From: an uncultured bacterium
GTDB lineage: Bacteria > Patescibacteriota > JACMRA01
Direction of reading: 5' to 3'
NCBI GenBank assembly: GCA_963784355.1
Contig: CAWAQU010000001.1
Span: forward strand, 1-52,671
DNA: 52,671 bases
Numbering within the stretch: position 1 is the first letter of the stretch; each line of letters starts with the position of its first letter. The notes below the pieces were generated by a model. That model did no database searches. It worked only from the letters and a program-made list of their open reading frames with translations, and was not told where the DNA came from. Both the position numbers and the translations under genes were made by a program. This document shows positions 1 through 10,029 of the stretch, in pieces.

Positions 1-768
1 TTTAGCTCTCTTCCGGCAGAATCGTACACAAAAAACTCTTCACCTTCTTTGCTCTTACTTTCCAGAGGTTTAAAAATTGTATTGTAGCTACTTTTCACAA
101 AACTATAGTTACTACTATGTCCAATGATATAGGAATTACCTAACTCTCCCGGTTGTGGAGTAAATATCAAATGTACCACTCCACCTTTTAATTTTTCTTG
201 AATAGGGCTGGTGACTGCATTGTTGTCTTTAGCTTTAGGAGTACCATCGCAGGTTCATTTTAATTGAACCATCGGCATTAGTTTGGTACAAATCATCTAC
301 AGTAGAAAATAATAAGGGTGTATTGATGTTGTATTTAGGATATCTGATAAAGTTGGTATATTGTGGGTTAGCAGGACGCGGTACTAATTGATTAAGTGAA
401 ACTGGACCTGCTACTTTACTTTCTACGGGTTTCTGTTCCTCAAGTTCTTTTTCTTCAGTTTTAGGTATGGCCTCCCCTTGAGTATCTACAGGCGGCAAGT
501 TGTTTTGTGCCAGTTTTTCAGTAGTTCCAGCTATAGGTTCAGCCTGTTTAGACTTTCTGACCTTGTGCATGCTTGAATATAAAAAGTTGCTATTTAAAGT
601 CTCAAAATTATCAATTGAAAAATCAATATTGGGATTAATATCACTATTACTGGCAAAAAGTACTGGGGCTAAAATCAAAAGGCTCACAAAAGCGTAGAAC
701 CTATATCTAAGTTGCCATATTTTTCGGAGATTAAAACCTTTTTTTTGAAATTGATGCGCCGTGATCAC
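1..768 (-). CDS. Sortase-family protein, 3'-truncated by the window edge, with a single-base frameshift near 252
   Basis: ORF 235..768 has an N-terminal TM segment and ...IRYPKYNINTPL. A second frame from ~251 to 1 reads CDGTPKAKD...KLKGGVVHLIFTPQPGELGNSYIIGHSSNY..., the sortase GVVH..PG..GN..I.GH signature. Confidence 0.8.
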
Positions 769-774
769 TATCTA

Positions 775-803
775 AAGATACCCTATTTTTCGTGAATTGT
801 CAA
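775..803 (-). promoter_or_regulatory. sigma70 promoter of the sortase gene (leaderless arrangement)
   Basis: TTGACA (803-798), 17 nt, TATCTT (780-775), then 6 nt to the GTG at 768. Confidence 0.6.
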
Positions 804-922
804 AATTTGAGTAGTTTTTAAAATTGCTACAAAGCTGCTTAATAGCTCAGCTCAGGGAGAGATTGCATTTGACAAAAGTCTGAATATTTAGTTGTCTTTA
901 CCTAAGACACACATAGTCGTAT

Positions 923-1386
923 GGGGATGTCTTAGGTTTGACAGTCGGCAGATTTAATTTCTTGTGCTAGGTGGTTTTCTTGGTTTTACCTTAAGAACCT
1001 CGGCAATTTTAAATGCAAAATTTAATCCAATATCCGCCTTCGAAAAAAGCTTCGCTAAGTATTTAGCACCTTCTTTCGATGGTGTGCCAGTCGCAGCTTA
1101 ATCATGATCATTTAATCATTGGTTGAGTTATGCTGACATTGGCATCAGGTCAGTTTTTGGTTGTGCTTAATCAAAACTGGCTCTAGCTTAATTTATCCTA
1201 AACCCAAAAGCACTCTTATTTAGTTTTGGTAAAGGGCTAAATACTGTATAAATTTACCTATTGGTTAAGATTTGTTATTTTATCTTTCTTAATACAGAAA
1301 CACCAAAGTATCTATGTGCCTAGCCTGAAAAAACTGGAAATTTTAATCCCGACTGGACGTGGGTGCAACTCCCGCCATCTCCACCA
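923..1386 (+). ncRNA. ssrA: tmRNA; tag frame 1015..1101 = AKFNPISAFEKSFAKYLAPSFDGVPVAA*
   Basis: 5' end GGGGATGT..AGGTTTGAC; 3' end GGACGTGGGTGCAACTCCCGCCATCTCCACCA (T-arm, acceptor stem, CCA); resume context TTAAAT|GCA; tag ends in AA-stop. Confidence 0.93.
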
Positions 1387-1404
1387 AAATATTGGTGGTT
1401 TTTT
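1381..1404 (+). terminator. Intrinsic terminator overlapping the tmRNA 3' end
   Basis: CCACCAA-AATA-TTGGTGG followed by TTTTTT. Confidence 0.75.
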
Positions 1405-1502
1405 GTTTCCATATTCAAATTTAGACATCAATAGAAATTAAAATCACTCCAGGTTTTCTGTGGAGGGAAGTGTAGGCTAAAAATCTTATCGCTTTGGCTC
1501 AT

Positions 1503-3047
1503 TTAGTGATAATCCATATTAAAGTGCATTGCCATATACAATATACCTGCTTTAGCAACTTTTAAGCTCTCAAGAGCGGCGGTTTCTAACTCTTTAGTGG
1601 TTAGGTATATCTCCTCTTTGACTGACATCACCTCTTTCACAGTATACGTTGAGTGTGTTACTTTTTCTCTTACATTTGTAATCCATTTATATATACCATT
1701 ATCTCCAGTCATATCACTTCGCAAATCATAGAGAGCCGTTAAATATAGGCTTTTTTGTTTAACTATAAAATCCTTAAAACGTCTTTTTTCCGTCCAGAAT
1801 TCAAAACTATTCCATTTGATGTTCTTATGCTTTTGATTGTGATAAATTGCTAAAGCAGTCATAATTTTATCGAAAATATCATAAGATTCGCGTATTATGA
1901 GTTTTAGCTCTTTAATCCTAATTCCATTATTATGTCCCATTCGTAAAGGATTATCCAAATAACCCGCTTCTTCATCAACTTCATTAACTAGCTGATTTTT
2001 CTTTGTTTTATAATTATATAGCGTAAAGCTGCACCATGAATATGATTCTTTTATTTCATTTAATATTGATAAAAAAAGATGATCATCAAAACCGTGCATT
2101 GGAGTAATTAAGCCAATTGTTAGATCATTAGTTTGTGAAAAACCATCATAATAATCAAAACAGTTATAACTTAAAAACAATTCATTTTGAGCTAGAAAAT
2201 CTGCATAATTTCCAAAATTACCTTCTGCATTAAGTCTTTCAATTTCCTCATCTGAATTCAAAAAACTGATACTTATATTTGCTTTTATGTGTGACATTAT
2301 CTGCTCTTGATAATCAAGCACTTTTGGAAACCCTATCTCTAAGATTTGTTTGACACACTTCTCATTCGCTCTTAATTTTTGCATTTCATGGTATACATAT
2401 CTCAATGTGTCCATACCAATTCCCCCTCGATGAAGTATTTTTCCGTCAGCAAAGCCTGATTTGTATAAATCAAAGCCATATCGATGTAATATAGAAAGCT
2501 TAGTTGAAACTGCCATTCCATCATTTTTATCTCGACTAATACATCCATCTAATAATTGAACTGCTTCTAGAAACCTACCTGTATATGATAAAGCAATTGC
2601 TAAGTTAACTAACGCTTTATTTGTAACTCGAACCTCTTGATTTTTATACGTTATTCGTTGCAATCTTCCCTTAATTTCATCTCTATATCGATTGGAAGGG
2701 AAATTTTTGTAACTTTCTTCGTTGGACCAGATATTAGCACTCTTTTCCAGTGCAGAATAAGCATTAGCGATATTGTATTCAAGTTCAAATATTAATTTCT
2801 TACTTTTAGTTTTACCTAAAACTTTTTTAGCAAATTCGACCCCTCTAAAAACAAAATCTGATTTATTATTAATTGTACCATAATTAATATAAATTGATGA
2901 AATCGCATAATTAATACCATTTTCATCATTTTTTTGATACACTGTGGTTTTAAAATGGTCATATAAGCGAGAATATATTACTTCGTGGTTCGCTAAATTA
3001 TTTTCAATAATTTCAAAACATTTGTTTGATAATTGATCAGATTCCAT
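1503..3047 (-). CDS. TPR + C-terminal HEPN protein (LA2681-like), putative RNase or defence effector
   Basis: TPR-like helices (YNIANAY, LVNLAIALSYTGRFLEAV); LNEIKESY, YDIFDKI and ALYDL segments; Rx4H motif REKVTH near the C-terminus. Confidence 0.7.
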   Translation of the reverse strand: MESDQLSNKCFEIIENNLANHEVIYSRLYDHFKTTVYQKNDENGINYAISSIYINYGTINNKSDFVFRGVEFAKKVLGKTKSKKLIFELEYNIANAYSALEKSANIWSNEESYKNFPSNRYRDEIKGRLQRITYKNQEVRVTNKALVNLAIALSYTGRFLEAVQLLDGCISRDKNDGMAVSTKLSILHRYGFDLYKSGFADGKILHRGGIGMDTLRYVYHEMQKLRANEKCVKQILEIGFPKVLDYQEQIMSHIKANISISFLNSDEEIERLNAEGNFGNYADFLAQNELFLSYNCFDYYDGFSQTNDLTIGLITPMHGFDDHLFLSILNEIKESYSWCSFTLYNYKTKKNQLVNEVDEEAGYLDNPLRMGHNNGIRIKELKLIIRESYDIFDKIMTALAIYHNQKHKNIKWNSFEFWTEKRRFKDFIVKQKSLYLTALYDLRSDMTGDNGIYKWITNVREKVTHSTYTVKEVMSVKEEIYLTTKELETAALESLKVAKAGILYMAMHFNMDYH

Positions 3048-3327
3048 GATTGTATTTATATGTGTTATTAATTTTTTGGCTAGTTTTAGTTACTTTTTGT
3101 ACTGATATTTCTATACAACCCTTGATTTTACCATTATCAAATTGATGCGTAGAAATTAGTCGCAAAATAACCTTCTCCTAATTAATAAATTTGCTTTAAA
3201 GATTTTCACTTATTTTCACCAAAAGTATCGGTAGTTTTTTGTTTAAATATATTCTCATAATTTAAGCATATTGCACAATCTCTATTTTTGTGCTATAAAT
3301 AAAATGCAATTTAGAGGAAATAACCTC

Positions 3328-3933
3328 ATGCGTATTAACAGAAAAAGTCTAAAAATCAAAGCACTTGCAATTCTCACAACCATAAACGTGATTTTTGCAG
3401 GCCCTCAAACTTCTGCACAATTGAATGGACTTAAACCTCAAAATTTAGTTCATTTGACTCAGGAACAGGCCAACAGCTTACTTCAGGCAGCTGACGAAAA
3501 CCATAAATCTGTTTTACCTGAAGATTTTCGGAAAGAGTTAGAAAGCCAGCTTGCCAACTTTTACCCTGGAATTCAAGTTGAGACTCAAGCTGTAGCGTGG
3601 TACGAACCACCTGGAGTTTACCCTTTAGTCATCCGGAGCACATTGGCAGATGGTAGAAAGTTTCTAATTAACTTCTTATACACTGGCAGTTCTAGTTCTG
3701 ACAAATACCTAGGAACTATGACTTTTGAGACAGGAAGCCCAGGAATTGCTTCTCTATATTTGAACAAATCCCACTTCCTAAAAATCTCAATTGCACAAAC
3801 TTTTGATGGCGATTTACGTCCAGCCCGTGAGCAAACATGGAATAAACGATACTTGATTTCTTCTCAATCTTGGGAAGTGCCTTGTAACTCTACCGAAGGT
3901 TGTGCAAAGGCCTGGGTTTGGTTTGAGGAATAG
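3328..3933 (+). CDS. Secreted hypothetical protein
   Basis: Basic N-terminus plus hydrophobic signal-like segment; AGAGGA upstream of ATG 3328; promoter TTGCAC-17-TATAAA at 3271-3299. Confidence 0.7.
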   Translation: MRINRKSLKIKALAILTTINVIFAGPQTSAQLNGLKPQNLVHLTQEQANSLLQAADENHKSVLPEDFRKELESQLANFYPGIQVETQAVAWYEPPGVYPLVIRSTLADGRKFLINFLYTGSSSSDKYLGTMTFETGSPGIASLYLNKSHFLKISIAQTFDGDLRPAREQTWNKRYLISSQSWEVPCNSTEGCAKAWVWFEE

Positions 3934-4005
3934 ACTTTTTTAATAGTCCAGCTCAAGACTTAAAATAGAGCAACTGATATTTCTTAAAAGGAGATTTTAG
4001 TTTTA

Positions 4006-4045
4006 AGAGGTAGATAAGTGTGAAAACTGGTCTATCTCTTTTTTT
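4006..4045 (+). terminator. Probable intrinsic terminator
   Basis: AGAGGTAGA...TCTATCTCT stem followed by a T run. Confidence 0.55.
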
Positions 4046-4252
4046 ATCCAAAAATTGTGACAAATAATTAAACCCTAGGTATGACTATTAGATCATTTGT
4101 AAAGTTTACAAATGGCAGGGAAAAACTTATAGAAATTATAAAATATAGAGCTAAGTGTGAGTACTGCTCTCGTCATTTTTACAGAACTAAAAACCCACAC
4201 TCAAAAGCTTTGAATATGGGTATATAATTTTAGGTTAGTATTACGACTAGGA

Positions 4253-4693
4253 CTAAGCAGTTTGTTGTTTGTCAGCCATGATTCTGATCAGAGTAACTAT
4301 TCCCCAAGCTACTAAAGAATAGATAATAATAGCTACTAGTGAGGCTGTATCAAAGTACGATGTACCTTGTCCTGGTGCAGGAAAGATTCCAAAGAAAGGC
4401 ATAGCAAAAGGACTAGTAACACTGTAAAGAAATCTACTAAAGCCGCTTGGTTGTGCATTTAATAATAAAAAGATGATTCTTAAAACTAAAATAACATTAA
4501 TAAAACCAACTACAAACCAAACTAGTTGAATGATTTTTTCTATGGTATCGCTCTTCTGTAAAGTGTTTTGAGTCGTGTTGTTTAGAGGTGTAGTATTGAT
4601 AAATGTTTGATTGGAAGGACTTACCTGAGGATTCTGAGGATCCTGGTTTACTGGGTTGAAGCCTTGGTTTGGGTTATTTGGGTTTTGTTGCAT
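4253..4693 (-). CDS. YggT-family membrane protein with an N/Q/P-rich N-terminus
   Basis: LRIIFLLLNA..SGF..FLYSVTSPF..PF.GIFP.......FD..SLVAII.Y pattern; likely start at ATG 4693. Confidence 0.75.
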   Translation of the reverse strand: MQQNPNNPNQGFNPVNQDPQNPQVSPSNQTFINTTPLNNTTQNTLQKSDTIEKIIQLVWFVVGFINVILVLRIIFLLLNAQPSGFSRFLYSVTSPFAMPFFGIFPAPGQGTSYFDTASLVAIIIYSLVAWGIVTLIRIMADKQQTA

Positions 4694-4804
4694 AATATTT
4701 ATTACATTAACTTGAGTTGTAAAAGTTGTTCTGTCAAGCAAGGTAAACTAAATTTGACTTAGTAGCATTAATTGCAAATGATGAATTCATCAAAACTATC
4801 TAAT

Positions 4805-5218
4805 ATGGGAAAACTAGCAGAAATTAAAACTAAACAGACTAGTGCAAACGTCAAGGATTACTTGACTACAGTTGAAAATAAACAGAAGCAAATTGATAGC
4901 CACACTATTCTTAACTTAATGAGCCTAGCTACAAAAGAAGAACCGAAAATATGGGGCAGCTCAATTATTGGATTTGGAAATGTAAGAATTAAAAGTCCTA
5001 CCACTGAAAGAGAGGTGGATTGGTTCCGTGTTGGTTTTTCTCCACGGAAAGCAAATATAACAATATATCTTGGTACGGATATTAGCCCTCATATGGAGGC
5101 ATTAAAAAAACTGGGTAAACATAAAGCCGGAAGAGGTTGTTTGTACATAAATAAATTGGGTGACGTTGATATGAAAATTTTGAAGGAGATTATTGAAGCG
5201 GCGTTAAAAAATGTATAA
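4805..5218 (+). CDS. DUF1801 (YdhG-like) protein
   Basis: WGSSIIGFG, GFSPRKAN and LGKHKAGRGCLYINKL motifs. Confidence 0.85.
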   Translation: MGKLAEIKTKQTSANVKDYLTTVENKQKQIDSHTILNLMSLATKEEPKIWGSSIIGFGNVRIKSPTTEREVDWFRVGFSPRKANITIYLGTDISPHMEALKKLGKHKAGRGCLYINKLGDVDMKILKEIIEAALKNV

Positions 5219-5267
5219 ATTGTATCATCTTAATTTGTTTACAAGTTCATTAAAATAGCAAAAGTGT

Positions 5268-6950
5268 ATGCTAGATTCAATTTCAATTAAAAATTTTAAA
5301 GCTATTCGCAGTGAGGAGGGTTTAACTTTGAAAGGATTAGATAGGGTAAACTATTTAGTGGGTGAAAATGGTAGTGGGAAAAGTAGTATTTTTGAATATT
5401 TGTATGTAAATTTTTTAGAAAAAAAGTTTGATATAAAAATGGCATCCAAAACCACATTTGATAAGTATGCAATAGCATATAAATTATTTAAACCTCCGCT
5501 TACTGAGCACATATTCACAGATTTTGATAATCTTAATATATACGATATAAATCTTGTCTATCCTAAGCTAAGTCGTGTACTGTATGAATACATGCGCATA
5601 ATAGATGACCCTACTGAGTATGAAACTACATATAATGGTATCTGGCAAAGTAATTTACTTTTTACCGAGCTGTTCTATGAAAGTTGGGTTGAGTTATTCT
5701 ATATTCATGATTATTATGATGAGCCCAATCTTATTAAATTAACTATCGATGAAAATAAATTATTACCTGAGGTATTTGATTTAATGAAAATATTTAATAT
5801 TCCGGATTATTTAAAGCATATGTCTCAGGTACCCACTGCAGATTGGAAACTATATTATGGGACGTTTGGGAATAAAGCAAAAAATAGTAAAAGTAGTAGA
5901 TTATATAGAGATAAACATTTTAAAGATTATGGTAGTTTTTTTATGTTTCATAATGTTTCTGCGGGATTACAGGCTATATTTCAGATGTGTATTACAATAC
6001 TTCACTCATATCTTTCAAAGTCCAGAATTTTTCGTGACTTACATTTAAATAAAGAATTTGTATTTTTAATTGAAGAGCCAGAAACGAATCTACACCCTAC
6101 ATATCAAAAGCTTCTTCCAATTTTATTTAACAACATTGTAAAAAAATATCCTGATATACAGCTTTTTATTTCTACCCATTCTCCATTTATTATTAGCGGC
6201 GCTACAGGACTTGAAAATCAGAAAGTATATTTAATCAAAGATGGTCAAACTACTGATAAAGCAGGGAACTTAGGAAAAAGAACTGAAGGTTTTGACTCTA
6301 GAGATCCAAGTTACTTAGGTGTAGTTTCAAAAATGCTGGGAGCGGGTCTAGATGATATTGATAAGCCGCTAACCAAAGCAGATAAAAATATAAAGTCTAG
6401 AAGAATAATTTATTGTGAAGGTGAATTAGATAGCCAAATATATAGCTTATTATTCCCTACTGAAGGAAACATCATTAATATATTTATACCATGCGGAGGC
6501 GCTCAAGAAGTACTTATAAACTGTACTAAAGGTGTTCAAGTTAATGAAATTTCATTTGGTAAGAATACTGAAACCTGGTGTTTAATTGATAGAAGCTATA
6601 GTCGCGACGCACTAGTTTTTGGAGAACATAAAATAAAGCATGATAAGGGGGATATGTTTTTAGATCAAGATAGAAAACTATTTTTGGAATATTCAAAAAA
6701 TCATAAGATGTTAAAACGTAGAGAATTGGAAAATTATTTATATGATCCGGAGATTTTAAAAATAGCACTAGATAAAAACATTATTACAAAGGAATCGTTA
6801 GACAAGGTAGAAAACATTGATATTATTAGCACAAATGTGAAAGACTTACTTAATAATCTAAATGATAGAAACAAACTTGAATTAGCAAAATTAATTGACT
6901 CAAAAAAACAAATTTACAAAGAGCTGCACGATTGTGTTTTTAACTCCTAA
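5268..6950 (+). CDS. ABC/AAA ATPase fused to a TOPRIM-like domain (OLD- or PARIS-like)
   Basis: ISIKNFKAI, Walker A GENGSGKS, signature SAG, Walker B IEEPETNLHP, STHSP; C-terminal YCEGELD, LIDR and RELENYL. Confidence 0.8.
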   Translation: MLDSISIKNFKAIRSEEGLTLKGLDRVNYLVGENGSGKSSIFEYLYVNFLEKKFDIKMASKTTFDKYAIAYKLFKPPLTEHIFTDFDNLNIYDINLVYPKLSRVLYEYMRIIDDPTEYETTYNGIWQSNLLFTELFYESWVELFYIHDYYDEPNLIKLTIDENKLLPEVFDLMKIFNIPDYLKHMSQVPTADWKLYYGTFGNKAKNSKSSRLYRDKHFKDYGSFFMFHNVSAGLQAIFQMCITILHSYLSKSRIFRDLHLNKEFVFLIEEPETNLHPTYQKLLPILFNNIVKKYPDIQLFISTHSPFIISGATGLENQKVYLIKDGQTTDKAGNLGKRTEGFDSRDPSYLGVVSKMLGAGLDDIDKPLTKADKNIKSRRIIYCEGELDSQIYSLLFPTEGNIINIFIPCGGAQEVLINCTKGVQVNEISFGKNTETWCLIDRSYSRDALVFGEHKIKHDKGDMFLDQDRKLFLEYSKNHKMLKRRELENYLYDPEILKIALDKNIITKESLDKVENIDIISTNVKDLLNNLNDRNKLELAKLIDSKKQIYKELHDCVFNS

Positions 6951-7051
6951 TAATAATCATGTGATGTTTTAACTATACTAGTGAAAGTAATTAGACTAGT
7001 CTTAAACATAGGTTTGCCAAAAAGCAATATTTCTGAAATAAGATATAAAAT

Positions 7052-7603
7052 ATGTTTTATTTAATTGGTGGAAGTGGTCGTAGTGGCAAATCAACCTTAC
7101 GAAATCTACTTTGTAAGCAATACGGAATTCCTGGAATCTCTACTGATCTGCTGACTCAAATGATGGGAAAGGCAGTACCTGATTATGAATTAAGTTTTTC
7201 AACCGATTGGCAAATTGCAGTTCCCAAAATGCGCAATCTTATAAAGGCTTTACTTACTTATCACAGTGATACTTATGATTTGGTAATTGAAGGCTGGCAA
7301 ATAAGTGCGGCTGATATTGAGATTTATAAAGAGTGGAGCAAAGGCAACTTAAAAATGTGTGTTTTGGGTTTTGATAATATTGATATAAAAACTAAAATTC
7401 AACATATCCGTAATAATCCAAGTTATAATGAATGGACACATAATTATTCTCAATCCGAGCTGGAGGGCTTAATTAAAGATATGATTAATGCCAATATCAG
7501 GCGAAAACAAGAATGCGCAACTTTTGGAGTCGAATATTTTGATACATCATTAGATTTTGAAGAGACAATCAAAGACGCGGCTGATTATTTGGTTAATGAG
7601 TAA
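7052..7603 (+). CDS. P-loop small-molecule or nucleotide kinase-like protein
   Basis: N-terminal GGSGRSGKST, STD and LVIEG motifs. Confidence 0.7.
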   Translation: MFYLIGGSGRSGKSTLRNLLCKQYGIPGISTDLLTQMMGKAVPDYELSFSTDWQIAVPKMRNLIKALLTYHSDTYDLVIEGWQISAADIEIYKEWSKGNLKMCVLGFDNIDIKTKIQHIRNNPSYNEWTHNYSQSELEGLIKDMINANIRRKQECATFGVEYFDTSLDFEETIKDAADYLVNE

Positions 7604-7809
7604 AGAATTGGAAATTTGAGGACTATAGGTATTATTAAAGGTGTTATTTAGGCTACGAAACTAGCAAATTAAAAATTTGAGGAAATTTGTCCATACATAT
7701 AATTATAGTATAATTTTTGGTTATTTACAATATTTGCGAACTGAATCTTCACAAAAAACAAATTACATGCTATATTTGGCAATAATTATAGTTAATTTTT
7801 ATTTATCAC

Positions 7810-8202
7810 ATGTCGTCCGAACAATTACCTAACAATCCAAACGAAATATTAGTACAGACTAAAGCAGCAGAAATTTTAAGGGAAATCACTATTGAAGCAG
7901 CAAGTACGTTTAATTTTAGACTAATCCATGATGGGGACTTTTTTGGAAGGGCGTGCTTTGTAAAAGTACCTACCATAACTCAAGAAACATCTAGTGAATT
8001 AATCAAAAAAATTGAAAAGACAATTAAATCTGAAATATCAAAAAAATTGACAGGAGCTTTACTTAATCAAAGAAGAAATCAAGGCCTAGATAGTAAAATA
8101 GTTCAAACCAACTTTGAATTTGATAACTTAGAAATTACATTTCAAGATCAACCATACCCTTGTTTAAGAGTGATTTACTTAGTTAAATGTAATGTCAAAT
8201 AA
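7810..8202 (+). CDS. Hypothetical protein
   Basis: 130-aa ORF with an ATG start that fills the gap between genes. Confidence 0.6.
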   Translation: MSSEQLPNNPNEILVQTKAAEILREITIEAASTFNFRLIHDGDFFGRACFVKVPTITQETSSELIKKIEKTIKSEISKKLTGALLNQRRNQGLDSKIVQTNFEFDNLEITFQDQPYPCLRVIYLVKCNVK

Positions 8203-8550
8203 TTAAATTAAAGCTTTTTCATACTCTGCAACATCAAAACCACGCAAAAGCCCTTTATCGTACTCTATAATTGGACGTTTGATAGAGTTTGGTACCTTCA
8301 ACATAAAATCAATAGCAGTTTGGGTATCTATCACTTTCTGTTTCTCGGATTCTAGAGCTTTACGCCACATCATGCCCTGTCTGTTAAGCACTTGATCCCA
8401 ACCAAAAACTTCACACCAGGATTTTAGATACTTTTCATCAATCCCGAGTTTTTTATAGTCGTGAAATTGATAAGATATTTTGTGCTCATCGAGCCAAGCT
8501 CTAGCTTTTTGCACGGTAACACAATTGGTAATTCCATAAACGGTAATCAT
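8203..8550 (-). CDS. ArsC/Spx-family protein (YffB-like)
   Basis: YGITNCVTVQKAR, FHDYKK and IKRPI...GF motifs. Confidence 0.9.
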   Translation of the reverse strand: MITVYGITNCVTVQKARAWLDEHKISYQFHDYKKLGIDEKYLKSWCEVFGWDQVLNRQGMMWRKALESEKQKVIDTQTAIDFMLKVPNSIKRPIIEYDKGLLRGFDVAEYEKALI

Positions 8551-8564
8551 AAACTTATAGAATT

Positions 8565-9281
8565 TTATATATCTTGACCCATTGGTCTAATAATTAGTTC
8601 GCTAATAGTGGCATGCGCAGGTTGATTTATTATAAACATAGCTGACTGCGCCACATCCTCAGCTGACAAAGCTGGCCTTCCTCCATTATTACTGTTAGGC
8701 CAAAAATCAGTATCAACAACGCCGGGCTCCAATAAGGTGACCCCTACCCCATCTTTAATTACTTCTTTGCGCAAAGATTCGGCCATACCTGTAATTGCCC
8801 ATTTGGTAGCCGAGTATAGCGATCCAGGGATTGCCACTCTACCCACAACAGAACCTGTAATAAGTATTTTGCCTTTAGTTTTGATAAGCTCGGGCAAAGT
8901 AGCTTGAATAGTTAAAGCGACCCCATATACATTGGTTAAAATCATTTCTTTCCAAGCTTCGGGATTTGGCTCAGCCTTAAAGCTTTGTATTGAGTTTGAT
9001 AACCCGGCATTTGCAAATACGACATCAATACGCCCGAATTTATGTAAAGTTTGCTCTAATATTTGCTCGTGATCTGCCCAGCTAGTAATATCTTGTTTTA
9101 CAGCCAAAAAATTCTCACCTCCAAATTCTTTTTCTAGTGCATTTAATTTCTCCTCAGAGCGTCCCGTAACAACAACCTGATGTCCGGCTTTTAAAGCCAA
9201 ACGGGCAGTAGCAGCTCCAATTCCTGACGAACCACCGGTTATAAAGATAATTTTTTGACTTGATTGAGTTGATGTAGACAT
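8565..9281 (-). CDS. SDR-family oxidoreductase
   Basis: TGGSSGIG, ANAG, YSATK and EPGVVDT motifs; likely start at ATG 9281. Confidence 0.92.
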   Translation of the reverse strand: MSTSTQSSQKIIFITGGSSGIGAATARLALKAGHQVVVTGRSEEKLNALEKEFGGENFLAVKQDITSWADHEQILEQTLHKFGRIDVVFANAGLSNSIQSFKAEPNPEAWKEMILTNVYGVALTIQATLPELIKTKGKILITGSVVGRVAIPGSLYSATKWAITGMAESLRKEVIKDGVGVTLLEPGVVDTDFWPNSNNGGRPALSAEDVAQSAMFIINQPAHATISELIIRPMGQDI

Positions 9282-9333
9282 ATTTCCATCATAATTCACC
9301 AGCCGATCAATTGTCAAGATAAGGTAAATTTGC

Positions 9334-9837
9334 CTATAGTTTGTCTTTGGGTAAATGCTCTTCGAGTATTATTTTTACATCTTCTAAAACATTTATTACA
9401 AAATTGAAATATTCTAAATTTACTAAGGACTTACTTCTATAGGTTTCCATAAGTTTGATAACGTTTTCACACTTTGAAATATTCTCTTTGAGTTCTTTTA
9501 TTGGGTAATTTAATGATAGACGCTTAATTATTAAATATACATTTTTGTAATAATCACCCCAAATAGCTTGGGCCCCGGTATATATTTTAGGAAATTCTCC
9601 AATATTATGAATTAACAGACTTAATCCTAAAATTGCTTTGTCGGTGACGTTTTCAAGGTTGGCTGGTTTTTTAATCAATAAATATTCTAAGTCTGATATT
9701 ACTTTCCTATATGGTGTAGTAAAACTTTGCAAATCTTCACTAAGCTTTTCCACTTGGTCTGATGGTTTATAATTTTCTACATTAAATTCAATTTTACGTC
9801 CATGATTTTTATCGTTATCAAACTTTGGCTGGTCCAT
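9334..9837 (-). CDS. Hypothetical helical protein
   Basis: 167-aa ORF with no recognised motif. Confidence 0.6.
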   Translation of the reverse strand: MDQPKFDNDKNHGRKIEFNVENYKPSDQVEKLSEDLQSFTTPYRKVISDLEYLLIKKPANLENVTDKAILGLSLLIHNIGEFPKIYTGAQAIWGDYYKNVYLIIKRLSLNYPIKELKENISKCENVIKLMETYRSKSLVNLEYFNFVINVLEDVKIILEEHLPKDKL

Positions 9838-10029
9838 ATAATTTTACTTAAGAGTTCTAAAATACTAAATAGTTAGCACAGGATATTATTATAGTCAATT
9901 TTGAATTTTTAACACTATGACTATGTAGGCTTTTTTATATGTTCTACTTGCAGATTATTTAAAAGATGTAGATGAATTTTAGAGTAACCACAAACAATCT
10001 AATCAGTACTAAAAACAATTTAATTTATT

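Noticed and set aside
235-260. Programmed frameshift or phase variation in the sortase
   Set aside because: There is no slippery run or repeat tract at the site, and a sequencing indel is simpler.
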